Assembly (NCBI GenBank): GCA_002104905.1
Contig: MCFE01000094.1
Span: 62,001-126,000, forward strand
Length of the DNA stretch: 64,000 nt
Direction: 5' to 3'
From: Basidiobolus meristosporus CBS 931.73
Taxonomy: Eukaryota > Fungi > Basidiobolomycota
Numbering within the stretch: the first letter of the stretch is position 1; each line of letters begins with the position of its first letter. Below, one piece after another: positions 12,501-24,434 of this stretch. The notes beneath the pieces were generated by a model. It was not told the origin of the DNA. It saw only the letters and a program-made list of their open reading frames with translations, and did no database searches. The position numbers and the translations under genes were made by a program.

Positions 12501-13321
12501 TTAGTGCAGATATGAATAGTCTATCTTCAGTTGTTGCAGCATTTCCATATTCAGGCTTCTTTTTCTAATTATCTCTCTTTTTGAGGCACTGGTCTGATGT
12601 GTGTCCTTTCCTTTTGCAGTAGTTGCTAAACAGATTACTGTTGCCTTTGTAGGGTGTTGAGTACCTCCTTTGTTGGTTATCATTGCTTATTAAAGCATTT
12701 TCTTCTTCCGTCTTATTGGTGCTTGATTTTTGTAATTCTTCATCCTGGAGCCTTCCATATAGATAATTGAAGGTCAAATCTTCAGTTCTGGACTCTAGAG
12801 CTGATACAAGGCCTTGAAACCTGTTGGTCAGGCTATTCAGGATGGTTACTATCATATTCTCATCAGTATTTGGTACACCCACAGATTCCATCACATCTAC
12901 CAGCAGGGTAATACTGTATATTAGATTTTTTCATTTCTTCTCCTGGCAGCATCTTTGCAGTAAATGACTTTTGTTTCAGATACATTTTCTTAGCCGCTGA
13001 ACATGACTGGTAGGTGACTTCTAGTGCCATCCAAGCATTCTTTGCTGTTTTTGCTCTTGAGCATTGAATTAGCAATTTGTCTTTAACATTTAGGCAAATG
13101 AAGTTAAAGGCACTTTGTGCTTTCTTCTTATACTTTAAGGCATTGTCTCCCATGTTTTTAGGAGGGCATTCTTCTCCCATGGCAATACTCCAAAGGCCTC
13201 TTTCTTGTGGCAGCATCTTCATCTTCACCTTCCACACTTGGTAGTTAGATCTGTTCAACTTTTCAGCAGAGGGAAAAATTCCAGTTATAGCAGTATTAGA
13301 CATTGCAGAGAGTGACAGCTA

Positions 13322-13334
13322 AGGGCTCAAAACC
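13322..13334 (-). promoter_or_regulatory. Primer-binding site complementary to the tRNA-iMet anticodon stem-loop
   Basis: Minus strand GGTTTTGAGCCCT immediately inside the 5' LTR; 12/13 match to GGTTATGAGCCCT. Confidence 0.8.
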
Positions 13335-13683
13335 TGTTGTAAGAGTCTTGGAGAAATTGGAAGTGATTGGGAGAACAAGTAGATTATGAGGCTTTCACTT
13401 AATGATTTATTGAATTTAAAAGTAGTACTTATACTTTTATGAGGTCTTGGCATTACAAATATATTGAATAGCTTAAGAAAGGTCCCAAGAACATGTGTGC
13501 AAAGTTTGGGGCTGTTTGGACAACTTTGAGAATTTTGATGTTATGGGTACTTGGTATTTTGGTGAAAATATTCCCAGTAAATCCTGACAAGGAACTTGGT
13601 CAGTATTTGCTAGGATATGAAGGTAATGATTTAAGTGACTAAGTTAGGTCAATATCTAGGTGGAATTACAAATTTTTACAACA
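13335..13683 (-). repeat. Copia 5' LTR (349 bp)
   Basis: Perfect 8-bp terminal inverted repeat TGTTGTAA...TTACAACA; homologous to LTRs at 25115, 32133 and 36456. Confidence 0.95.
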
Positions 13684-14050
13684 TAGGCTGCCATACTGCC
13701 ATGATAATACCCATTAGAGGCTTGCAAATAGGCTGTCAAAACACCACAAAGTTTTTTGCCGCATAAGGCAATTAGATGTATTGGCTGGTTAGATCCACTC
13801 AAATAGTTGTAAAGCACACTAAGACTGTAACAATGCCATGCCACCCTTGGCAAAACACTATACTAACACCATTATATTTTATCAACTTTATTTGGCTGTA
13901 AAATTAGCAAAATGCTGCTCTGATCCGGTCACAAGATTGTGTAGATGGTTATTAACTGCAAGTTGCTGGTATTGTATTGGTCTCCTGATGGGATCTTGAT
14001 GGCCCATCTGGATTGGATCCACCCAAGGGGCCAAATTATTTCTCATAGTG
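13684..14050 (+). mobile_element. CACTA/EnSpm 3' terminal fragment (copy 3)
   Basis: Reverse-complement match to 6825-7175; ends in ..TTTCTCATAGTG (inverted CACTATGAGAAAT) at 14050. Confidence 0.8.
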
Positions 14051-14139
14051 TTGTCCCACATAGTGTAGCATTGTCCAAGAGTAATGCTGCCTACCTGTAG
14101 CTACAATACTGCACCTAATTGTTCTCAACAACCTTGGAT

Positions 14140-14926
14140 TGCACCATGTACCCTGGCATGGTACAATGGAGCAAGTCTATTGGCCAAGTACCAAGAGTAT
14201 TTTGCAGATATTCAAGTGGTATTCATGGCAAAAGTGGTGGCAGCCAAGCATATATTTGCAGGATGTATATGTTACCAGCAATACATGTTAAATGGCAACT
14301 TTGCAAGTATTACGCTGGTGAGCCTTAAAGTTAAGGTGATGGAAGTGTGTCAATTTCAGTGGGTGTGTGCATATGTAGAGGTTAGTACTCAGCAGGCATA
14401 TCTTTTTTTGATTTGAGCAATATGTGGAATAACCACTGTAGTAGTGGGTTAGCAAACAAATTGGGGTGATTCTACAATGGTGTATGTAAATAGTGCAAGG
14501 GGAGGCCACAAAAGGAAATACTATTTGGTAAATTGGTATACAGGCATTATATAGTACTACCTATAGGTCACTATGCTGCCATTATAAAGCCAACAGATGT
14601 CCTCATCAAGCCTGTCAAAATACTGTCAAGTTTTTTCCATATATGGCAATGGATTTACTAGCTGGTTGGGTCTGCTCAAACAAGTTTAGGTTGCTGTAGA
14701 ACTCTAAAAATGCCATCAATTGGTAACAAAGGACCATTTTAACTCTGTTGAGTATATATTTACCTATTGAGCAGTATATTTAGCAAAACACCGGCACAAT
14801 CCCATCATAAGATTGTAAGTAGGGGCAATAATTCCAAGTTGCTGGCATTATGATGGCCTCATTGCAGGATCTTGCCAGTTGATCTGCATCAGATCCACCC
14901 ATAGTACAAAATTATTTTTCATGGTG
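14140..14926 (+). mobile_element. CACTA/EnSpm 3' fragment (copy 4)
   Basis: DIQVVFMAKV..HIFAGCICYQQY matches copies 1 and 2; ends in ..TTTTTCATGGTG (CACCA variant) at 14926. Confidence 0.8.
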
Positions 14927-14999
14927 CAACAGCAATTTTGCAAAGGTCTCTTTGCAATAACTACATCTTATTCTCCACACTCATTGGTATGGTCAGATC

Positions 15000-15777
15000 T
15001 TCTATGTCAGAACTCTGCCAATTCTATGTTTAAGCTACCTATAATAGCTTTCAGATATGACTATTAAGCTTCTTGTTGGGCTTACCTGCAATGTTATACC
15101 ATAATATCAGGCACTTGGGCCATGAAAAATCTTGAAGTAACTCAGAGTACCCCAAGCTCTGCATACATGCTCTTGAGACCTGTCTGTGCATATTTTACTT
15201 GCTTTTCTCACCCAGGCAATGTAAGATATAATCTTCACTCCTGCATTGAATATACTGTCAAGTGATCCTACATAATTTCACTGCTCTTCTAAAGCTTCCT
15301 ATATTCCAAATAATCCAATAGTAAGTGGGGCTTTGTTTTCTTATTTCTAATTCAGGAGCCTGTGAAATATATAACTCAGAGTTTGCACCCCACTTTTGGA
15401 CTCTAGCACTAATACAAGCCACTGTGGATTTTTGTTAAGAATGGTACCAATTATATATTTATCATTAGTTGGTGCTCCTTCTGATTACATCTCATCAATT
15501 TGCATGGTAACCCTGTGGCTTTATTTTTCATTTCCTCATCTGGGATCATCTTTTTCATAAGCATTTTTGTCTCATATACATTGTCCTGGCAGCCAAACAT
15601 GACTTGTTTGTGGGCAATCTTTGTTTTTTTGGCTTTCGGGCATTGATTTGTCAGTTTGTCTTCAGTATTCAGTAAATAGAGTCTAAGGCAGTTTGCAAGA
15701 AATACCAAGGTTTATGCGCTATGATCTAAGTGACCAAGTTAATGGATCATTTGGGTGTAATTACAAAATTTACAACA
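15000..15777 (-). mobile_element. Old copia relics: divergent LTR piece, gag fragment and LTR end
   Basis: 15330-15700 translates to QCPKAK..KMIPDEEMKN, similar to the family gag. 15710-15777 ends ..TTACAACA. ~15020-15300 resembles the LTR in the opposite orientation. Confidence 0.6.
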
Positions 15778-16614
15778 TTTAGAAGCCGCATTGTTGGAAA
15801 ATAGGCTGTATCAGTAATATTGCAGCCAAGCACTATTTACTGCCATTATCCAGAAATCAAATCAACCCTATTTGATTAACCCTGCATTCATATGAATTTG
15901 CAGATGCCAGCACTCCTCAAAAAAATTGACATCCAAAAGATGCCATCAACTCGGTCTGCTGTTCATCAAAAAATCCGAATTTGCATAGTTGAAAGAGTCA
16001 AGTTATACTGTTGCCACAAAACGGCAAATATCCTCTTCCAAATGTGCGTATGCACAATGCGCTTGCAAACAGAACATAAAAGACTGTTGGATTCACTGTT
16101 GTGTGTCGATGCCCAACTCCTCCAATGATTTGCACCCTTGACTGCACAGGATTCACAAGGGATTGTGTTTGATTTCTCCCCAGCATTCCATTACTCTTCA
16201 AGCGTGTTTGTGCATGAAATGTGAAAACTCACATTAGCATTGGAACTGCAAGCTCTGTCAGGATATTTGTCAAAATCAAACCAAACCGGCTTAGCGTCGG
16301 CTCATGTGAGTATCAGCAGGTACATGGCCAACAGCCTATTCAAGAAGTACGTAGGTTGGAACAACTGCGTGCGGTATCTCTGAGGTCAAAGAACGATACA
16401 AGAAAAGGGATTTCCCTGATGAAACTCGTTTACCCGACACTCAATCCTCAGTACAAACCAAATCCGTATTTTATTTTCCGGCTAGTCTGATGCATTTAAT
16501 CTCTTGATTCGCCCCTCTTGAGACCGTACACCTCCATTATTGCCGATTGACAACCCATTTCTCAGGGGAAATCGCCCTTAATTCTTCCGCGGATTTTCCT
16601 GTGATCCTGACAAG

Positions 16615-16755
16615 ATCATTTTGATTGCCGACATATTCACCAAACCATTAGCTAGAGACAAGTTTGAATATCTTAGGTCAAAATTAGGACTAGTCAGTAT
16701 GAACATTTAGTTGAGTGGGAGTGTTATAAAAATTCGTAATTCCACCTGAATATCA
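16615..16755 (+). mobile_element. Isolated ~140-bp copia fragment (RNase H end, PPT, LTR start)
   Basis: IADIFTKPLARDKFEYLRSKLGLVSMNI*, then PPT TTGAGTGGGAG and TGTTATAAAAATTCGTAATTCCACC; near-identical to the reverse complement of ~32450-32580. Confidence 0.85.
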
Positions 16756-16848
16756 TCGGGTTCATGTTGAGTGGAAATCCTGCCCTTCATATAGGCATTG
16801 CTGAAACAGTGCTATCTGCTTGCGTTGTTTTGGTGCTCATTGTTTTGG

Positions 16849-17488
16849 ATCAGATAATGAGGCATGGCTTGGAATGGGAACAGCTTATCATCGGTGGCAA
16901 CTAAATGGGGCATCAAAAGCTCTTGATGCCATGTTTGGAAAGCGGACGCTAACTGGTTAAGCAGCACCCAAATCCGCCCCCATTCACATTCACACCACCT
17001 GTACTAACTCTGTCGCCCTCATGTAGCCCTATCAAAACCGAGTCGGCATATCAAAACGGGTGTGTTTTGGGCCTTATTTTGGCCCCTATTGGACGACACA
17101 CCTGATCAGACGACCATATGTGTTACCGCAGGTCTAAGCAACGGCAGCAACCACCAGAGCATCGCAAGTAATGGTATATTCCATATTGCGCCATTCGGGT
17201 AACCACCACCAACCATAACTGCTGCGGATGCTGGGTGCGATCTGATAATGGATCTGATAAGTTTTCTGCGCATCACATCCCAAGACCTCATGGTTGGCTA
17301 GTGACGCACTTCCCAAGAAAGCCTATATGCAGACGAACGGAGGATCTCTAAGGCTGGTGTTGCATGCAGTCATGGCCAACCCCTTGAGTGAAGAATCTCA
17401 ATCCTGTGGCACTCAATATCAACCCTAAGCCATCATGTGCATATGAAAACTGGTCATGGCTCAAACCAGCCTACTAGGCTTATCAGAT
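16849..17488. promoter_or_regulatory. Cluster of four ATCWGATAA motifs (putative iron-responsive GATA repressor sites)
   Basis: ATCAGATAA 16849-16857; ATCTGATAA 17240-17248 and 17252-17260; TTATCAGAT (reverse complement ATCTGATAA) 17480-17488. They lie 0.8-1.5 kb upstream of the mitoferrin ATG. Confidence 0.55.
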
Positions 17489-18309
17489 TCTACGGGTGCT
17501 GTTGGAGATTTCCATTTGCAACGGTACAAATTAGGGGGCATTCTCCATAGCAAAGCTGGTTTTGGATATTACATTGCGTTTCATGCTAGAGGTTAAGCCT
17601 TTGGAGGTACATGTAAATCGCTAACGGGCAAGCCTATATGGGGTAATTACTTTTCCTTCGGGGTTGAACTATAAGGCAAAGTCGTACAGGACCAGCTCCA
17701 GCTTGTTGGCTATTGCCGTAATATGAGATCAGTAGGCTGATTTCAGGTACTTTGTCGTTAGACACGTATGCCTGAAGCGCATCTACACTTGTGGTCATGC
17801 ATCGCGGCCATAATCGGACTATGCCAATAATCATTCGATAATGGAGGGGCAGAAAATACTCAAACAGTAATGTGGAGACCGCGATAATTGATTTGATCAC
17901 TCGAACCTTCAATGACTGGACACATGCTTATCAATTAGCTGATCTTGAGGAATGCTACTCAAACTGATTCAATGTGACCTACTACTTTAGAATTGAACTG
18001 TCGTGACACAAAGTATACTTTAGTCTATTGAATAATTAAATGAAATTTTTCATCCTTGATCCTGTACTGTACGAAAAAAAATGACGTTCATTGGAACACT
18101 GTTAAATACTCGCTGGGACGTTATTTGGTATCCTGAAGCCCCTTCTGGTGTACTCCGCACTTCTTCCCTGCTTATTCAAGAAATCGTATTTTCTCTCTTT
18201 CACAAAAGGTACTTGTTTCATATTTCTAGTTGTATTGGTCGGCTTTGTGAGCCCCACAGCTCGGCTTGCTTGATGTGTTGCGGTAGTAACCCTTTTAAGC
18301 GTTTAGAAA

Positions 18310-19431
18310 ATGTCTGACAACCAAGAATATGACTATGAAGCCCTACCTGATAATGTCCCTGTAACCACGCATCTTATAGCAGGAGCCTTGGCTGGCATTA
18401 CTGAGCACACTGTTATGCATCCCTTTGACAGTATTAAGGTTGGTTATGCAATTGTATATATACGTATATTTCTCTTTTCGACCTTCTTGAGCAAGCTTGC
18501 TGATACTCCAAACATAGACTAGAATGCAAATTATCAACCCAAATCCCCAAGCTGTTTATTCGGGAGTTGTGCAGGCTTTGACGAGGATGACTACCACTGA
18601 AGGGGCCCGCTCTCTTTGGAGAGGAGTCAACTCGGTCATCCTAGGCGCTGGGCCTGCTCATGCGTTGTACTTTGCTACTTATGAGCACTGCAAGTCGCTT
18701 TTCGGTGGCGATGCAGCTGGACATCATCCCATCGCCATAGGTAATCATTGGTCAGTCAGATGCTTTTTTTGGATACATTACTCACAAGCATTTAAACTTA
18801 GGCGCTGCTGGTGCGTGTGCCACGATCGCTAGTGATGCTTTGATGAATCCGTTTGATGGTATGAACCTGTCACTACATACTATCTAGAACATATTTATTC
18901 AAGTCAATTTCACTAGTAATCAAGCAAAGAATGCAGATCCATGGATCCAACTACAAGAGTATTTTCGAGTGCGCCATGAAAGTCTTCAGAGCAGAGGGAT
19001 TCTCCGCTTTCTATGTCTCATACCCCACCACTCTCACCATGACGATTCCATTCCAATCCATTCAGTTTGCCACCTACGAGTACTTCTGCGATACCTTGAA
19101 CCCCAACCGCACTTACGACCCCAAGACTCACATTATCTCCGGCGGTATTGCCGGCGCCTTCGCCGCCGCAGCAACCACGCCCCTTGATGTAGCCAAAACG
19201 CTTTTGCAAACGCGCGGCACATCAACCAATGCCGAAGTCCGCAATGCTTCAGGAATGCTGGCAGCTATCCGCATCATTGTAAAGCACGATGGATTCAGTG
19301 GCCTACTCAGAGGTTGGAAGCCTCGTGTCTTGTCACACATGCCAGCTACCGCAATTGCTTGGTCAACCTATGAGTACTTCAAGTGGTTCATCAAGAACAG
19401 GAATCAGGAGTCGCTCGTCACTGCTCACTAG
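18310..19431 (+). CDS. MRS4: Mitochondrial iron carrier (mitoferrin, Mrs3/Mrs4 family); exons 18310-18438, 18518-18740, 18802-18858, 18917-19431
   Basis: YEALP N-terminus; three carrier signatures ([30 protein letters not shown]); EHTVM and [14 protein letters not shown]. Three GT-AG introns restore the frame. Confidence 0.93.
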
Positions 19432-20919
19432 TGGCGCACTAGCACCATGCGGCTGATTCTGTTCCTCAAACCTACTCAAGATGGGTAATTTCCGCGCCAG
19501 GTACCCACTGGAAATCCTCACTGATCCTTGCAATCTAGTGTTCTCTCTTATGTATTATTATCTTTTCCACTTCTTTCGGACAACCGACTAGGTCGATTAT
19601 CTCTCATGCAACCATCACTATTGGGTCTCGGACTCTGCACATCACATAGATGTAATAAAGCATCAATTCCAATCTTCATAGCATCCTAACTAGCCAAGCG
19701 TACTATTTGTTAGTATTCTCAAGATTCACAATTTTGATCATTCGGCCCAATCCAAACATTCGATAAAGATCCACAATCACATGCTAATCCGCAGTTGGTT
19801 ACATCTACAGGAATCAGCGGGGTCGCACACCAATCAGCCATCAAGGGCCGATTTGATGTCCAACAAAAAAGGAACCATACATTAATAAGCACAAACATTA
19901 AAATAGAGAACCGTCATCTATTTTCGGTTGACAATCCGCTGGGAACCAATAGGCTACGTCCTTGCCAACCAAACGGCCCTGTTTTCTATCACCAACGATA
20001 TAGCTAGGAATTACGGATTGACGTGGTGAGGCGAGCATGGCCGACATGTGGAATCTCGGGAAAAAGAGATCCTGGTGGGTAGCGATTCTCTCGCGTTGAC
20101 TTCCGCGGAACTTGGAACGAAAATACCCACAGATTGCCTGGATTTCGCCAGAGGTTTCTCCAGGCCGAAGCGGGATCGAGCGACCAAGCTTAGCTCAGGG
20201 CAGATGGAAACCGCGCATCTGCCAAGAATAACCATAGATATGCACTGCCAAGAGGGACAACAACTTGCCAAGAGCGGCCAACGCCTTCCCTGGCGAGGAC
20301 TAAATCCTCACTATTCCTGCCAAGCGTGTGCCAATGTCCCTCCTCGCTATGAAACTCATAAAGCAGTGTGCTAATTAATTGTTGCAGTAATAAGATACTT
20401 AAAGTGGTGTAACATAATGATATATCAGAAAGACGAATGATTTTCCGACCTCGATTCCGGACAATATTTTGGAACCCGGGCCGTCTCGGCGATTATTGTA
20501 GGCTGATTCAGTTCCAATGCAATAAGAAACATTATTTAGCATGCATATCATGATATAATTGATCAACACCACTTGGCTTTAACCTAGACCAGGCTTTTAC
20601 ACAACACCTGAGAAACAACATTCAGCTTGGGTGGATGGATTCATTTTTAATCCGCAAATCTCTAATGAATCAGTGCTATACTAATTTGGTCCTAAAATAG
20701 AGTGGTTTCCTATATGAATTGGGAATTGTTAAGGACTGAAGTGACAGTGAGTGAGCTGATTGATTGATTCCCCATGAAAGGGGATGGTCCCCTATTTGGA
20801 ATTGAATTCATTTATATAACTAGTCGTGGTGGGATTCACTGTTTGTACTCCCTTGTTTATTCTCTTGTTCTTGTCCGTTTTGAATACTTTGGGTTTTGAA
20901 CGAGTCAAAGTTCCTCAAC

Positions 20920-22089
20920 ATGTCACAGCTTTTATCTTTCATTACGGATAAAACTCTGGCGCTTTTGTTGCCAGTCATTGTATATTGGGTCTTCTCTGGG
21001 TTCTTCTATTTCGTAAGCGAACTTAGGGTCCCTTTCTTTGAGAAGTACCGGAATCACACTCCCGAGGAAGAGAAAGCCAAAAACCAAGTTACTGTGAAGG
21101 AGGTCATCACCAATGTGTTGATCCAACAGTTTATCCAGACCCTTCTTGGCTTAATAGTGGTGGCCGCAGAAGGGGAGGAGGAGGTGGATTATTCTTTTAC
21201 ACCGACTAAATTCCTCGCCGACCAGTACCAAAAGGATTGTTTCCATATCCTTTCTCTTACAAGTGTTTGCCCTTCGAGTCCTTCCTCGGCCTACCTCCTT
21301 GCAGTTACCTCTCAGATCATGACTTGGGTTGTGCTCCCGTTTGCACGCTTCTTAGTTGCTATGTAGGTCTCGAAGGAACCTGTCCCTGGGAAGCTTGTTA
21401 ATCGAGTTTTTTCAATTTAGGCTGGTTTTGGATACTATTCAGTACTTCCTCCATCGCTGGTTCCACACCAACACTTACTTGTATCGTAAATTCCACTCCA
21501 TCCACCACAGAGTGTACTGCCCATATGCCTTTGGCGCACTTTACAACCATCCATTGGAAGGGTTCTTGTTGGATTCTCTTGGTACCAGCGTTGCTTTCGC
21601 CGCCTCTGGACTTTCCACCCGTGGCGCCATTGTATTCTTCACTTTTGCCACCATCAAAACAGGTAAGTGACGTCGTTTATCATGAGCGTTTCTACGATGG
21701 CTAATATCAGTGGGTTTTATAGTTGACGACCACTGTGGATACAGCCTGCCATTCGATCCTTTACAGCGACTTTTCGGAAACAACTCTGCCTAGTAAGTAG
21801 CGTAAGCAAACCCTCCCTTGAATTTGCCCTCTAACGCTCATTTTCTGTTAGTCATGATATCCACCATCAACTTTATGGACTGAAAAACAACTACTCTCAA
21901 CCATTCTTTACCCACTGGGACCGCCTGCTGGGAACGTATGTCTCACCCAGTGAAATCAAACTCAAGCGTAGTGAGCGCAAGGCCGAGAAGAACGCCAACG
22001 CAAACACCAACGCCAGTGCACACACAACGCAGAGAAGTGCCACCGTCATTAATGGCAGCCTAAGAAAATCCAATCGTGTTAGAATTTAG
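20920..22089 (+). CDS. SUR2: Sphinganine C4-hydroxylase (fatty acid hydroxylase superfamily); exons 20920-21362, 21421-21662, 21723-21792, 21852-22089
   Basis: His boxes HRWFH, HSIHH, HDIHH; AFGALYNHPLEG, VDDHCGY.LP.DP, NYSQPFFTHWD. Three GT-AG introns. Confidence 0.93.
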
Positions 22090-24434
22090 AGATGGAAAAA
22101 CCAGGGAAATATTTATTATTTAAGGTTGCAAAGTGAAGAACTTTGGATGAATCCGGGATATTATTGGTATCGGTTCAGTTTAATTAATATAGGACGTCTT
22201 TCGCATTTCACAAGATCCCTTCACCTCTGTCTTATAGTCTTATTGTTTGAATCATCTCTCTTTCCTTCTTGTTATAGTCTAGCTAATTATCTGTAGACAT
22301 TTGATTAAACCAACGTAATTCCAAATCCCGTCCCTCCTTTGGCTTCTGTTGAGTCTGGATACCCCTCCGACCGAAGCGTCATATGCGAATCAGCAAACTA
22401 CACCAATAAATCGTCCGGTAAAGGCCCCACCAACAGCAACGGCAAATATCACGATGGTGGGTCACAGGTAGCTGCGGGAGGGGAGTTTCCCGCGGATTGT
22501 CGCGTGGTAGGAATGTGTACCACACGGACAACTGTCAAAAGGGCGATCGATATTCCATTGGGCATGAATTCTTCCGGCGTATGATGGAAAGATACACCGT
22601 TCACATGCTGCGTGGAAATACGAAGGTGATGCCATTCCCCTTGGGCCCTTTAGAAAAAGCCGCCCAATTCATTCATACGGAGTCTCACCGAAGCTCACTG
22701 GCTTGTAGAAACGACGCTCAGCATCAGGGGAGCCTACCTCGAATATCCGGAGATCCTCGTGAAGCAGGCGATGGATATTCAGCCTTGCCGTACATTACTT
22801 GATTTAGTTAGAGTACTGAATCCATGCCGAAGCTACTGCATATAGCCCACATCCTGACAACATCAACCCATGCCGCCTGCGGTGGGCGGCCATCCTTGCT
22901 CCGATAATCTGACAATCCACAACTCCCTGGTGACGACGCATCCATGCCAGCAAAAAACCATCGAGAAGTCCAATGATGGCATCATGCACAACAATTCACC
23001 TCCCCAAACCTTGCGAAGGTACGGGGATTTGATTGGTGGCGGTGCACCCAACCCTTATTGCATATATTACTTGATTAGGTATGGAACACGGCTTGGTGAA
23101 GTTGGTCGACCCTGAGGGGATCAGTGAGTACTACAGCACTGGTCGTTGAACCAGCATGCCATTATCGGCATGAATTGGGTTAAACTTGGGTGTTGTCATC
23201 CTTGGGACAGAGTGCTTTACGTGTCTTGGCAGGGCTCAGCATCCTGTATCTCCCAGGCCGAGACGACATTGAAAATTCAATGACGACCATCCTGGTTGAG
23301 GTAAGGGTAACATCGATTAGGCCTCGCGCGATTCTTATCAGATCCGATCTCCGCATTGGTGCGACTTCAACCATTAGCCAGGTGGGTCTTGATATTAGTA
23401 AGCATACAGTTGCAATTAACTGCCATCAATGGAGCCCTGGCAAACGACCCATGATGTCGAGCTTTGATTGTTTGTACGTGCCTCCCCAACATCAGCACCC
23501 AACTCAATTCCGATCACTGGCCAATATGACCGCCAGATAATCATCGCTGGTGCTGGGGTTGGTTTACGGAGGGGCTACTAGGTAGAGGGCCAGTATTATG
23601 CGACCTTGGGGCCGGGACTATACAGTGTGCACCATTGGTGGTGCCACAGTGATGCAAATATGGAGTCCAGTTTTTGCCTGAACGTGGGTGGTGTAATGCA
23701 TCATGCATGCAGCGTTCGGCATTCGTCATTTCCACCCGCCGATTCTATTAATATGTGCTGACCCTGTGCGGCCAAATCCTCGCAAACCACACCCAAGACT
23801 AGAGGTGTGACCCTATCAACCATCATGGTGGTATTCTACCATTATAAAATGGGTTAGAGCTGAATCGCTCAGGTGCCTTCAAACAGGGACCAATTCCTGA
23901 AATAGGGTCGCCTCAAGCCAGCGGCATCTGTCTTACCGTGAATCCCATATGGGAAAGCTGGGAAGTGCTTCGGTAGATGCTCTCCCCCGCACTTCACCAT
24001 CTTCCGAGACTTGTGCCATGACCGCTGAGATTCAACCATGATCAACAGTAACGCCACGCTCCCAGCTACTACGCTTCAGGGATGTCATATCAAACTCCGG
24101 GATCGTAGAGTGATAATCGCCTCCAAACCATTGTTAACTATTCCATACACCATGGCCCGATAATCTTCTGAGCCATCTATGATTTGTGGACTCAGAGTGA
24201 TTCTTCTCATTGACTACACGCTAGTTTCTCTTCCGTGTGGAGGAATCACCACACCTTCATTATCGACAATGGGCGGGTCTCGAAGGGTCATCTCAAAGCA
24301 GGCTGTGTTGCCTAATCGCCATTCAATCCGTCGGCTCTAGACGGATATTCCGCTTCTTTTGTCCCCTTCTGGCACTTGGTGGGCCATAGGCTCCCGAATT
24401 ACCCAGCTGATAGAACTCCAGATGCTCCTTCCAG

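Larger units (their letters stand above)
9526..13683 (-). mobile_element. Ty1/copia LTR retrotransposon, near full length, decayed; 3' LTR truncated; internal deletion at ~11150
   Basis: gag KLNRSNYQVWKVKMKM (12863-13303), knuckle CNYCKRKGHTSDQC, protease HSGASQH, GAG-pre-integrase LWHRRFGH, integrase RSDNAGEY..PQQN, RT HQVDAKTAFLNG..LKQSPRAW..LYVDY (10150-11037), RNase H end and PPT at ~9664-9672. LTR end ..TTACAACA at 9663. Integrase C-terminus is joined directly to the RT start. Confidence 0.95.

Noticed and set aside
17106-17912. Short minus-strand ORFs between the TE block and mitoferrin
   Set aside because: No recognisable domain; the YQI repeat is simply the translation of the GATA motif pair.
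23940-24010. EHLPKHFPAFP resembling a TAF8 C-terminal motif
   Set aside because: Isolated short Pro-rich match with no supporting exons.
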